The notes beneath the pieces are model-generated. The model was not told the DNA's origin, searched no databases, and saw only the letters and a program-made list of their open reading frames with translations. Shown in pieces: positions 26,001 to 37,600 of a DNA stretch of 64,000 bases (positions are counted from its first letter, which is position 1; every line of letters begins with the position of its first letter). This stretch comes from Macrostomum hystrix (lineage: Eukaryota; Animalia; Platyhelminthes), in NCBI GenBank assembly GCA_950097015.1, contig CATNEN010000039.1:3162001-3226000 (forward strand), in the 5' to 3' direction. Both the position numbers and the translations under genes were made by a program.

Positions 26001-26843
26001 AGTTTACTAAGAGTTAGAGATTTTTACTTTTTAACCAAGCTAATATGTGTTACTGTTTTATCTACATAGGCAACGAGTATAAAAAAAGTTAAAATAACAA
26101 TTTTAGGAGGGCTACGGGCCATGGCACATCATTTGGTGACACTAGACCCACATCCAGCGATGAGGCAATTCGGCCCCTTTCGCTTACTTCTGAGCACACA
26201 TGCACACTGATGCTGTACGCAGACACGCCCACACATCTCATCGTCAGGCAGTGTACACTTCAATGTGCCTTGGAGGTTGGCCCTCAAGGGCGTAAATTGC
26301 ACGACAAGCTCCAAGACTTCTCTGAAGCCCCAAATGAATACACGGCCTCAGTAAAATCATAACACCAACCTCTGTGCTCCCATCTGCCTTGGCCCGGACG
26401 TGCACCTCGAAGCAGACCCGAGCATTGCGATTCAAAGCGGCCGGCTCAGGTGTGGGATCAATGTGAGCCAGCAGGTACAAAGCGGTGTGCGCTCGCGAAC
26501 CTTCTGGCGGCTCCAGGTGAGAACTAATATAGTGCACAGACGGTTGGAAATTCACGTGAGTCAGGTTGATAGCGGCCAGTTGGCTATGCAAGTTGCTCTG
26601 CACATAGTGGGTGGCCGAGAACGGGCCGGAGTCGAGGCGAACCCGCGGGTTCTTGGCCAGGCTGGTGATGACAAACTCGCGCGAATCAACACCATTAGAA
26701 TGGCGCTGCTGCTGCTGGTCCTTGAAGAAGCCGGAGCCGATTGGCTCAACTGAGTACTTCTGGCTGGCAGCAACAATTGCTGGGCCAGAAATTCCTACTA
26801 GAAGCAAAAACCGCACAATGACCAGCTTCATTTTGCCAAGCAT
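20081..26843 (-). CDS. TMEM132: TMEM132-family single-pass membrane protein, full-length copy (~1306 aa, 7 coding exons)
   Basis: Hand-spliced GT-AG exons with consistent phases: 26843-26370, 25861-25550, 25325-24393, 23869-23357, 22941-22235, 21924-21271, 20408-20081 (3921 nt, one open frame). N-terminal signal peptide (MKLVIVRFLLLVGISGPAIVAA). Family-like ectodomain motifs LQRIRGWRVP and CRKKFQDARVQV. TM helix IGMFVLLAIFCLAVMVFFVNFAVMC followed by RYRKH. Cytoplasmic NNWVWVG and C-terminal MDYGQLLAYFDHMKETAA resemble remembered TMEM132/dtn tails. Confidence 0.88.
20425..21143. repeat. 26-bp intronic minisatellite (GTAACCAGGTGAGGATCTGGGAGTTA) in TMEM132 intron 6; copy at 10207-10925
   Basis: Direct reading. 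Confidence 0.95.
23011..23274. repeat. Adjacent related 23-bp (ACAGGGACTCTCCTATCCAACAG) and 20-bp (GTGACTTTCCTACCCAACAG) arrays in TMEM132 intron 4; copy at 12793-13056
   Basis: Direct reading. Confidence 0.9.
23936..24368. repeat. 26-bp intronic minisatellite (GGCCAACTGAAGGTCTGGAGGGCGGA), TMEM132 intron 3
   Basis: Direct reading. Confidence 0.95.
25412..25520. repeat. 21-bp intronic array (CTGATAGCTGATAACATCTCA), TMEM132 intron 2
   Basis: About 4-5 units. Confidence 0.9.
26095..26350 (-). mobile_element. SINE family 1 copy lacking the tRNA head (TMEM132 intron 1)
   Basis: Reverse complement matches the 39240-39430 and 39740-39810 segments (ttgtcgtgcaatttacgccct, gtcaccaaatgatgtgcc). Confidence 0.7.
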
Positions 26844-26936
26844 ATGCTAGTCAACTTCTTATAGTTAAGGGTAATTTGCAGCCTCCCAGCTGATGCTGAC
26901 TGATTTCCTGACCTTTGCAACCTGTCAATTGTTGAC

Positions 26937-28632
26937 CTAGAAGCTGAAAGTTGGCAGTGAGCTATTTGTAATTTTGATCAAAATTTAGCATTAAAATTCG
27001 AGACATTAAAAGTGAATTTTTTTATCTAAACATACTAGCCAATTTTAAATATAAAACTAATTCATCAGTAGCACATAAAAACTATAGCATTAAAATATTT
27101 TTTGTCACAATCAGAACATAGGCTATTGTAAGGAGCTTAACAACAGCATTTTAACACTATATATATGAAAGTTATTTTTTATAGTAAGACTGACCTTAAA
27201 GTTGCTTAACTATAATTAGAAAGTTTTAGCAAATATGGCTAGGGCCTATACCTATATGGTAAATGGTCATTTTGGCCATAGGCATTTAGGCCAAAAGTTG
27301 TTTCGGCCTTACACCATTTTAGCCACAAACCAGTTGGACCCATACTTATTTAAACTCAAAACATTATTATGGCTAATTTCTAGTTTATTTAAGAGTTGTT
27401 AATTTTATTTGATAGCGACAATGGAAAGCATGAGTTTGACTTTTACAATGACAAATAATTTTAAATACATGCTTAAAGTATTTGTGCAGTATAAAAGTAA
27501 TAAAAGAAGATGACTTGGTACACAAAGAATGGTAAAAATGTGAATATTCTGCACCAATGCGAATAGTTCAGTACTGCCATTGAGCACATTTCACTTGCCA
27601 TTATGAGTATTGCCGATGAGTTGGGCTGCAGACTCAAGAAGGCATTTAATGCTGTGAAATCAGCTGCCAATTCGGTAGCATAATATAGCATTATTATGCT
27701 CATTCGGTTTTTTGCCCGAAACAGCTTTTACCCACAGTGGCTAGGGCCGAAACTGCGTATGGACGAAACAACCGGAATTCACCTTTATTATTTGCCTAAA
27801 TGCTGCATTGAAAAAAGTTAATAAACTTTGCATCACTATACTATGCAGCCTATCCTAAATTGTATCCTATAAAAAATATATATTGCTATAGACATAAGCT
27901 TGTAACAAGCTTGTAACAAAATATTTATTAAATCAAAAAACATAAAAATAGGCTTAACCTGATTCTGAATAAGGAATAAGACTTAAGTAGAACCAGAATC
28001 GAAGAGTTCGTAAAGATCAAAGATAGCAAAGTTCGATCAAAATGTTAGAAATTTTAGCACAACTAGAATTTAATATTGTCCAATAGGTACTTTCGTATGG
28101 TATGGTAGGTACTTTCCTGTAGCTGCATGCATAACACAATTCTACCACTTCGTGATCGGCAAAGGCAGAGACTCTGACCCGAAATTACATTTTGTTGGAA
28201 CTTAAACTTAAACTTTTATATGAATGAAAATATTACGCTTTATAAAATGTAAGCTCGCAACTAAAATACCTAGTATTTTTTTCTAAATAATTTTTTTGCT
28301 AACAAAATTCTAAGTTGTCTCTACTTACTGATGAAAAAAGTAAAAAATGTTTTAACGCATGAATATAATTTCAACTTTATTTGTATCCTAGAAATCGTGT
28401 AGGTAAATTCGAGAATCGTTATTTTTCTTGTTTAAATCAAGCCTTGCAGCTTTTCTCAGAGGGTCATTCAAACGAAACATTATTTAATAAAATGATCAAC
28501 TTATATTAGATATGTGCTTGAAAACTGCCTGTTCTCTCTGACTCTTTTTACTGAACATAACACTAAAAAATTACTTAATTCTTAACAGTTACTGTTTCTT
28601 ACTATATTTTTATTGGGAAACATTTGTAGAAT
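26937..28632. promoter_or_regulatory. Divergent (bidirectional) promoter / 5'UTR interval between TMEM132 and RalGAP alpha
   Basis: Start codons at 26843(-) and 28633/28639(+). AT-rich. Candidate minus-strand UTR intron 27958-26937 (cag|gttaag ... cttctag|) and a plus-strand acceptor at ~28588. Position-based inference. Confidence 0.5.
27258..27784. mobile_element. Possible old MITE with degenerate TIRs built from tttcggcc/ggccgaaa units
   Basis: Left end ggtaaatggtcattttggccatagg; right end reverse complement ggtgaattccggttgtttcgtccatacg. No clear TSD. Confidence 0.3.
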
Positions 28633-28638
28633 ATGTCA

Positions 28639-31600
28639 ATGTTCTCACGACGTCCAAATGATAGGAATCGATTTGACTCCAAACGAGTTACACAAAAGGT
28701 TTTGGAGCACAAAAAGGACAGTGCTACTAGATTAAAGCATCTAAAGAATTTTCTGGGTAAGTTTTTATCATAAATGCATAATTGGCATACTATGCATTAT
28801 TTATAATATAATTCGATAGATGACCTTATTGAGAATTAAAAATGGCTACGAAATAATATCTAAATTTTAATAAATGGTATTATTTGTCATATCAATACAA
28901 TAAATTGCAGCTCAGCCATTGTGTAGAACATTTGTGATTCAAATGTAAGATTTTGTTTTCTTTGCAGCATACATTCTTGAAGTCCTTAATAATTTTTAAC
29001 TATAAACCAGTATTTTTTGGAATGTTATTAATATTTTTTGCTGTATCTAAAAGACAAAAAAGAATTGTCCATTTTTTTATTATTAACAAATCTTATTGTA
29101 GGCATCTAGAATTAAAAAAATAACCTTTAAAATAGGCAGAGCTTATTCCCACGGTCCCGTGCCGATAATTTCAATTTTATCCACACGGATCTGTGCCGAT
29201 AATTTTCTGCTTATCCACATGGCAGCTTGTATGAATAGGTCTACAACTCTTTATATATGCTGGGCTGTTAATTTTAATTTCATCCACATGGAGCCATGCT
29301 GATAATTTTCTGCTTATCCACACACTAGCTTGTATGAATAGGTCTAAAACTCTTTATATAAATATGCCGTGCCGTTAATTTCAATTTTATCCACATGGTT
29401 CTGTTCTTTGAAACAAGGCCCTTTCAGGTTTGAACGTTTTGTTGAACCCTTGAGCCAATAGATCAACAAAGTTGCCAGTGTGTTACGACAGTGTTTTACA
29501 TTTCGACCTACACATTCATTAACCAACATTAATGTCATCCTTTTTAATTATTGTAATAACAACTCACTAAATCTTTTGTCATTGTTATGTGTTTTCATTC
29601 GAATTGTATTGACTTAAAAAGTAAAAAGTCTATCAAAGAAAATCATACGAGTCAACCAGCAGAATTCCAGTCAGCACCAAACTCGTCACATATTATCACA
29701 TATCATTGTTTTTATTTTACACCATGCATTGATAGTGTACACTATACACTACACTCTGAAGCAAAAGCCTTATGCTCAGAGAAGAATAGGTAGGGACTTG
29801 AAAGTAGACCTATTCATACAAGCTGTCATGTGGATAAGCAGAAAATTATCGGCATGGATCCGTGTGGATAAAATTGAAATTATCCGCATGGGACCATGGG
29901 AATAAGCACTTCCTTTAAAATACTGGTAGTTATCTCCAATAACTACCTTTCTACCTCCAACTAGAAGTTTGGGGTTCAATTTCTGGCTCTGCTAAAAGTC
30001 CTTAAGACTATTTGTGTTCTTTAGCATGACACTTAACTCTGCATCAGTTCAATTCACTCCACTTTTAACTGTGTACCAACATTAGCTAGGGTTAAAGGGG
30101 TAAGGCATCTTCAAGTCCATAAACTGAACAGCTATACATAGCCTTCAGATACAAAGACACAAGACAGCATCACGCGGAACTCTTTAGAGCCTAGTCACTA
30201 ACAAAAGCTCTTGACAAGGGCACTCTAGTAGAATCCAGACTATCAGTTTATCATTTACTCAATGTTTCAATATATGATCCACTTTAGTATAGTAATGGAC
30301 TATGTAGTTGTAACAACTTGGTATTTTTTTTGCATAGCTGATGTATATAAAAATTAGCTATACTAAGATTTACACTTTAATAATAATTGCATCTGATAAT
30401 ATGATGTAGCTATTAACTTAGGTAGTTATAAAATTATGAACAGTATATTATCGGCTAGCTATATGCTGGATATATATTTCTACTAAATTTATTTGCTATT
30501 TCTACTTTTGAAATTGATAATGGCAACCCTTTTGAAAGAAATAAAGTTTGTTATAATTATTTTTAACAGCATCCTTGGGCATTGTGTTTGTCAGGATAGG
30601 CTGCAGTGACATGACTAACATTTTTTGCATGAGTAACATTTATTTACACCACAAAACTTTCAACATGTATATTTACTCCATTTAGATAACACCTGCGATG
30701 CTGATGCACAGCAGTTCTTCAAGGCCAATTATTCGCTTATTTTCTACTTATTCTACGATTTCTTCATTCAAGTTGAAGCCGAGCTAAAGCAGCGTGGTGG
30801 GTATTCAGCTCCTTTCACTTATATTATATTGCTAGCTACTGCAATATTATCACGTTTTTACTGAATCTTTTGAAACAAATATTGAAAACAATGTTTTAAC
30901 ACTTTCAGTAAACAAAGCACACAAGGAAGAATTGGAATCTGCAATATGCATCTTCGAGGTAAGTGTACTATTGAAGTCTTGAGGAAAGTTGTAGGGTTGA
31001 AGGACAATCATTTTTTGCCTTTGTGTTGGGCTTGTTTGGTGAAACTCCTCCTTCGGAGGACTTGCGATGACGTATCGACCTACCGCTCTCAGACTTCTCT
31101 TGAATCAAGCGACCTACTTAAAATTGTGTAAGAAATAGATGAAGAAGAAATTGAAACCAATTCGATTTCTGTATCTCCCGCAGAAAATTCTTATCTACCT
31201 GCCCGAGCTCATCCAGCGGCGCTGGCAATTCCATTGTATCGGCCGCCTGCTTTCCAAGCTGCTGCACTCGCAGAACGCCCTGCGGATAAGGAAGGAAGGC
31301 GCCAGATTGTTCATCATGTTCTACCAGATCATGGGCTGCGGTGGAGCGCCGGCACCCGACGAGTGCCACAGAATGTTCGCCGCTTTAGTGCCGCAACTGG
31401 TGGGTGACCTCACTCCTGAGCAATGCCCTCTCTCCGGTGGCACCGGCCGGCCTCCCAGATCGCCGAATAATAGCAGCAGCGGTGTCAGCGATCATCATCA
31501 GGTTGGTTGATAATAATAATAATAATTACAGGAGGGCTGCGGGCAATGGCACACACATTTGGTGACACTACTCCCGCACCCAGCGAGGGAGCAATTCTGC

Positions 31601-34600
31601 CCATTTTGCTGACTCCTGAGCACCCAAGCACACAGATACTGAACGCAGGCACACGCTCACACTGGTGTGTACATCTGTCCTGAGTAGACTGGCCCATTCA
31701 TATCCAGCTGATTGTTCAGGCCCTAAATAGACTGGCCCATCCATCTCGGACAGCTGATTGTTCAGGCCTTGAATAGACCGGCCCATCCATCTCTGACAGC
31801 TGATTATTCAGGCCTTGAATAGACTGGCCCATCCATCTCGGACAGCAGATTATTCAGGCCTTGAATAGACTGGCCCATCCATCTCGGACAGCTGATTATT
31901 CAGGCCTTAAATAGACTGGCCCATCCATCTCGGACAGCTGATTATTCAGGCCTTAAATAGACTGGCCTATCCATCTCGGACAGCTGATTATTCAGGCCTT
32001 GAATAGACTGGCCCATCCATCTCGGACAGCAGATTATTCAGGCCTTGAATAGACTGGCCCATCCATCTCGGACAGCTGATTATTCAGGCCTTAAATAGAC
32101 TGGCCCATCCATCTCGGACAGCTGATTATTCAGGCCTTAAATAGACTGGCCTATCCATCTCGGACAGCTGATTATTCAGGCCTTGAATAGACTGGCCCAT
32201 CCATCTCGGACAGCTGATTATTCAGGCCTTAAATAGACTGGCCCATCCATCTCGGACAGCTGATTATTCAGGCCTTAAATAGACTGGCCTATCCATCTCG
32301 GACAGCTGATTATTCAGGCCTTGAATAGACTGGCCCATCCATCTCGGACAGCAGATTATTCAGGCCTTGAATAGACTGGCCCATCCATCTCGGACAGCTG
32401 ATTATTCAGGCCTTAAATAGACTGGCCCATCCATCTCGGACAGCTGATTATTCAGGCCTTAAATAGACTGGCCTATCCATCTCGGACAGCTGATTATTCA
32501 GGCCTTGAATAGACTGGCCCATCCATCTCGGACAGCTGATTATTCAGGCCTTGAATAGACTGGCCCATCCATCTGTGACAGCTGACTATTCAGACCTTGA
32601 ATAGACTGGCCCATCCATCTCGGACAGCTGATTATTCAGGCCTTGAATAGACCGACCCATCAATCTCGGACAGCTGATTATTCAGGCCTTAAATAGACCG
32701 GCCCATCCATCTCGGACAACTGATTATTCAGGCCTTGAATAGAATGGCCCATCCATCTCTGACAGCTGATTATTCAGGCCTTGAATAGACCGGCCCATCC
32801 ATCTCTGACAGCTGATTATTCAGGCCTTGAATAGACCAGCCCATCCATCTGTGACAGCTGATTATTCAGGCCTTGAATAGACCAGCCCATCCATCTCTGA
32901 CAGCTGATTATTCAGGCCTTGAATAGACCGGCCCATCCATCTCTGACAGCTGATTATTCAGGCCTTGAATAGACCAGCCCATCCATCTGTGACAGCTGAT
33001 TATTCAGGCCTTGAATAGACCAGCCCATCCATCTCGGACAGCTGATTGTTCAGGCCTTGAATAGACCAGCCCATCCATCTCGGACAGCTGATTGTTCAGG
33101 CCTTGAATAGACCAGCCCATCCATCTCGGACAGCTGATTATTCAGGCCTTGAATAGACCGGCCCATCCATCTCGGACAGCTGATTGTTCAGGCCTTGAAT
33201 ATGATTAGATTTGATCATATTCAAATCATATCCAGCTGATTGTTCAGGCCTTGAATATGATTAGATTTGATCATATTCAAATCATATCCAGCTGATTGTT
33301 CAGGCCCTGAGTATACTTATCAGTTCATTCTGCAGGCCGGTGGCGGTGGTGTCAACCCCGTGGAGCTGAGCCCCATCTTGTCCAAGACCTCGGCGCAGGA
33401 GGCGGAGACCATCAAGGACCAAACTGAGGACCTGCTGGACCATCTGCTGATGTGCATTGTTAGCGAGACGCACAAGATCCAATGGGAAGCGAACTGCTCC
33501 CAGCAGCACAGGGAGTGCTTCGCCTACCTGTTTCGCAAATTCCAGCGCTACTACCTTGACGCTCTGTTTCCCCGTCTGTGCCGGCAGTTCAGCATCTACG
33601 ATAGCCGGCAGAGGACCATCGCCGAGGTTGAAAACTGGAGCCGGGTGTTCGCTGAGAATGGCAAGGCCGGTGAGGTGAGAACTCACCAGCCCTCATTGTA
33701 TCCGTACCAGACTGTGCTGCTCAACTGGCTCACTAGATTCGTCATTGTGCACAAGGAGGAGGCAGCAGGCCGCGAGGGGTGAGGAATTCTGCGATTTCTT
33801 CATTTTTTATAGGAGAATTAAATGCCATAATTCGTATGGGATTTCTTGGTCCCAGTAAAACTGTATTATTGATTTGTTTTCAATCGCATTCAGCAAGCCG
33901 TCGCAGGACAAGGAGCAGGCTGCCGCAGCTTCAGCCGCCGGCGGAGTCTCGGTGGGTGCCGGCGCAGCAGCATTAGGTGCAGCGCTGTCCACCTCCGGCA
34001 CTTCCGCCACCGCCGCCAACGCCACCACGGCCGGCGCTGATCATGCTTCCTCCGCAGCCGCTTCTGGCGCGGCCACGGCTGGCCCAGTGGCCAGCGGCTC
34101 GGCTGTTTCGTCTACGTCGGCCGTGGCGGCGGTGGCGTCGACGGCGGCCTCTAGCGCAGCCACGGCGTCGGCGCCGGTGGCAGCGTCGGATGCAGCGACC
34201 GGAGCCGAGTCGGCCGGGCCCGATCACGCAGCCGATGCGGCAGCTGCTGCAGCTGTGGCCTCAGCTGTGCTGCTTCAAGATGAAGTACCTGGCAGCAACG
34301 CCAGCACTCTGTCTAGCCAGAACACGAACAATTCGGATCCCAATGACCCAGCTGCTGGCAACGCCTCGGCCTCCATGCAGCACCGCTATACCGACATCCA
34401 GATAGCCAACGTGCGCTCAGTTCTTTATAGCAAACGGGCAAGCGTTAATCTCATCCACGAATTATTTAGACAGGCCCTTCTATTCCCTATTGAGTTCTAC
34501 CCCACCATTCGATCGGTTGTCAATGCCTACGACAGCTGGTTTACGGCCAAGGGTTCCAAGCGGCCGGCGTTCATGCTAGAGCCACCGTTTCAGCCTTCTG

Positions 34601-37600
34601 GAGCTGCTGCCGCTGCTGCTGCTTCTTCTTCTGCTGATCCGTCACTGGCTCAGAGCGTCAGCGATCATCAGATGCAGGTGCTGATGTGTTTATTGGTTGT
34701 TCGCTAGGCAGTAACTGACTTAAATTATTGACAATTAAGGCTTACGATGTCTCTGTAAGAGCTCTCTTGTGTCTAAAAAACTCATGGAGCCTGGAATTTT
34801 CCTTAGTGTGATTGATTGCCGTTGAATTTATTGCATTTCTCAGTCAAGCACTTGGACTCAGTCTCAAGGTCCTGTGGCTTTCCCTTAGATTCTTGAAATT
34901 TCCATCAAGCCCCTAGGTTTCCCAACAGTCCTGGAATTTCCCAACAGTCCTGGGATTTGCAAAGGTTCTGAAATTTCACTTAAGGTCCTGGATTTCCCTC
35001 AAGGTTCAGGGATTTCCCTCATGGTCCGGGTATTTCCTCCAAGTTCCAGGGATTTCCCTGAAGCTCCTAGGTTTTCCCAACGGTTTTGGATTTTCCAAAG
35101 ATCCTGGTATTTCCTTTAAGGTCTTTGTCTTTTTTCAAGGTCCTGTAGGTTTCCTCAAGGTCCTGGGATTTTCCGAAGCTCCTGGGAATTCCCTTAAGGT
35201 CCTGCGGGTTTCCTCAAGGTCCTAGGATTTCTCTCAAAGGTCCTGGGATTTCGCAAAGCTTCTGGGATTTCCCAAAGCTTCTGGGATTTCCCAAAGCTCC
35301 TGGGATTTTCCGAAGCTCCTCGGATTTTCCTCAAGGTCCTGAGATTTCTACCAATGTCCTGGGATTTCTCTCAAGTTCCTGCGGGATTGTCTTTAATCTC
35401 CAATTGATTTTCTCCGATTTTGGATTTCACCAAATCCAAAGTTTTTGTTCCTAAAGTATTTTCATTCCAGTAGAATGCCAAAAGGTTTTCAGCAGTATTC
35501 GGTGTGTTTAGGATTTCTCCAAGCAGTTTTCAGCAATGCACTTATCTCCCCGCCCGCGCAGCTCGACGATGATGCGCAGAGCGCGCACACGCCAAGCGAG
35601 TCCTCGCCCGGACGGCGTTCAGTGCGCAGCGACTCCTATCTGACTGCGGTCAGTGACGACCAGTCGGCTGGGGCCTCGGTGGCCGCTGGCTACCACTGCA
35701 TTGTGCAGGTGCGTTGCTTTAACAGTAGAAACACCACGCTACTGTCCCTATGGGGAGAGGCCACGGGGGAATTCAAATATCCACTGCCTACCTTACGATA
35801 GGTGCCAAACCGAGTGACCGTTTTTTGTGAAAGTCCACCAACCTTTACGATGAATTAACATTCAAAGCCTTCAGAGTCAGCATCGGCGATTGTTGTCAAA
35901 GACCCTGCTGAAAAGGAAAACTAACATTGTGTTCTCTAATAACCGACATACCGACATTGTGACATGACGAATTTTTTCTGAGCAGAAAATGTACACCTAC
36001 ATTAGGTTTTTTTGCAACCAGACACCCCGTCGATAATCTCGACGATGGCAATGTTTTGTAACTCTGAAAGTTGTTTAAATTGGATTGAACGGAAACTTTT
36101 AGCCCGTGTACTGGACTTTCATGGCGATTGGTTGAATATTTTAGCCCGTGTTCTGGATTTTCATGGCGATTGGTTGAATATTTTGGGAGATACAGAAAAA
36201 AGTCAAATGTGGGTATTTTAATATGGTGAATTTCACCCATCTCCTAATTCTTACACGCGTTGTTCTCTAACTTCTTCTTTGAGAAATTGTATAAATGTCC
36301 TGGCAGCATATCTAATTGCTCCACGTGCCGTATCAAGTTTTCCCATTCCAATCCCGCCCGAAATCCCCAGGTATTCTTCAGCAATTCGGCGAGTGTATTC
36401 TTCATGCCGGCCCGGGATCCCCAGCAGCGCCGAGTCCTGCTCTCCGTGACGCAGAAGATGCTGCAGATGCTGCGACACTCCGTCATTCACATGCAGCAGG
36501 CCATGGCTAGCCTGGCTAGTGGCGGCACACACGATGCCCTGATGCAGCTGTACAATCTGCAGCAGCCCACCTGGTGAGTTTGAATTGTGCGAGCAAACTG
36601 CGCTGTATTTATTGCCTATTTAGCAAATCTAGATAGGCATGCTCATGTATGCTACTTACCACGGACAGTAGCTTAAGCGATTTTTTGCCAGATTTTTTCC
36701 ACAATTTTCTTACATATCGAAGAAATTGTAGAAATTTAAGGGAGTTACAGATAGGGGATATTCCAAAGAATCCTATCTCTCTAAAATCTCCCAATTTACT
36801 AAGCCCCCCATCTTACTGAAATCTTACTGAAATGTCTGTCATTCGCCATTTTCAGGAATCAGCTACTAAATGTACTATTTACCGTGGCAACAAAGCTTTA
36901 TTCTAGACCAAAGTCTGAAGAAACGGTTGCCGCATTGATTGCTAATAACTTCCTGCAGGTTTGTAAGGCCTTTCTTTCGCGAAGTTTAAATAGAAACATT
37001 TTGAGTTTTTGAATACTTTATAAAATAAGCATATTTTGCCAGATCTAGTTTCGGGCTCTGAAAGTGACTTAAGAAACTAATTCAATGCCTTTCGAGTCTG
37101 AAATCGTTAACATCGTTAACTAATTGTGTTACACACACCTGGCATACATTAGTGACAGTATTGTCAGCTAGCAGTGATAGCCAATGCCTCAACTGATTGC
37201 TTGAGTTGCTTTTTCAAAGCCGGTTTTCTGGGGCGACCGACACTGCTCACAGTTCAAATGCTAGATAAATGTAAAACATCTGTCTGAGTGTCTCTGACAA
37301 AAATGTGGAAAGCCGCCATTACGCTCCCGCAGACTCTTTTCACCACCTGGCTGTACGCTCTGCACTACTCAAACATCAGCGATCACATGTGGGACCGCCT
37401 GGTTGAGGTGCTGTCCAAATTAACTCGCTGGAGTCCCCTGATCATCGAATGGAATGTGAGTTGGTCATTGAAATCTTACTGATGTCCTACTGCACTTTAT
37501 ATATTTTTTTCTAATGGCAAATTCTGCTCTCCGTTTGTCCTCTAGAAAACTCTGGAATTCTGCACTAAAAAGCTGGCCAGCGATGTTTACCGGCTGGACC

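Noticed and set aside
29170-29875. Cluster of TTATCCACA, identical to bacterial DnaA boxes
   Set aside because: Arranged symmetrically inside MITE arms in an animal intron; no bacterial context.
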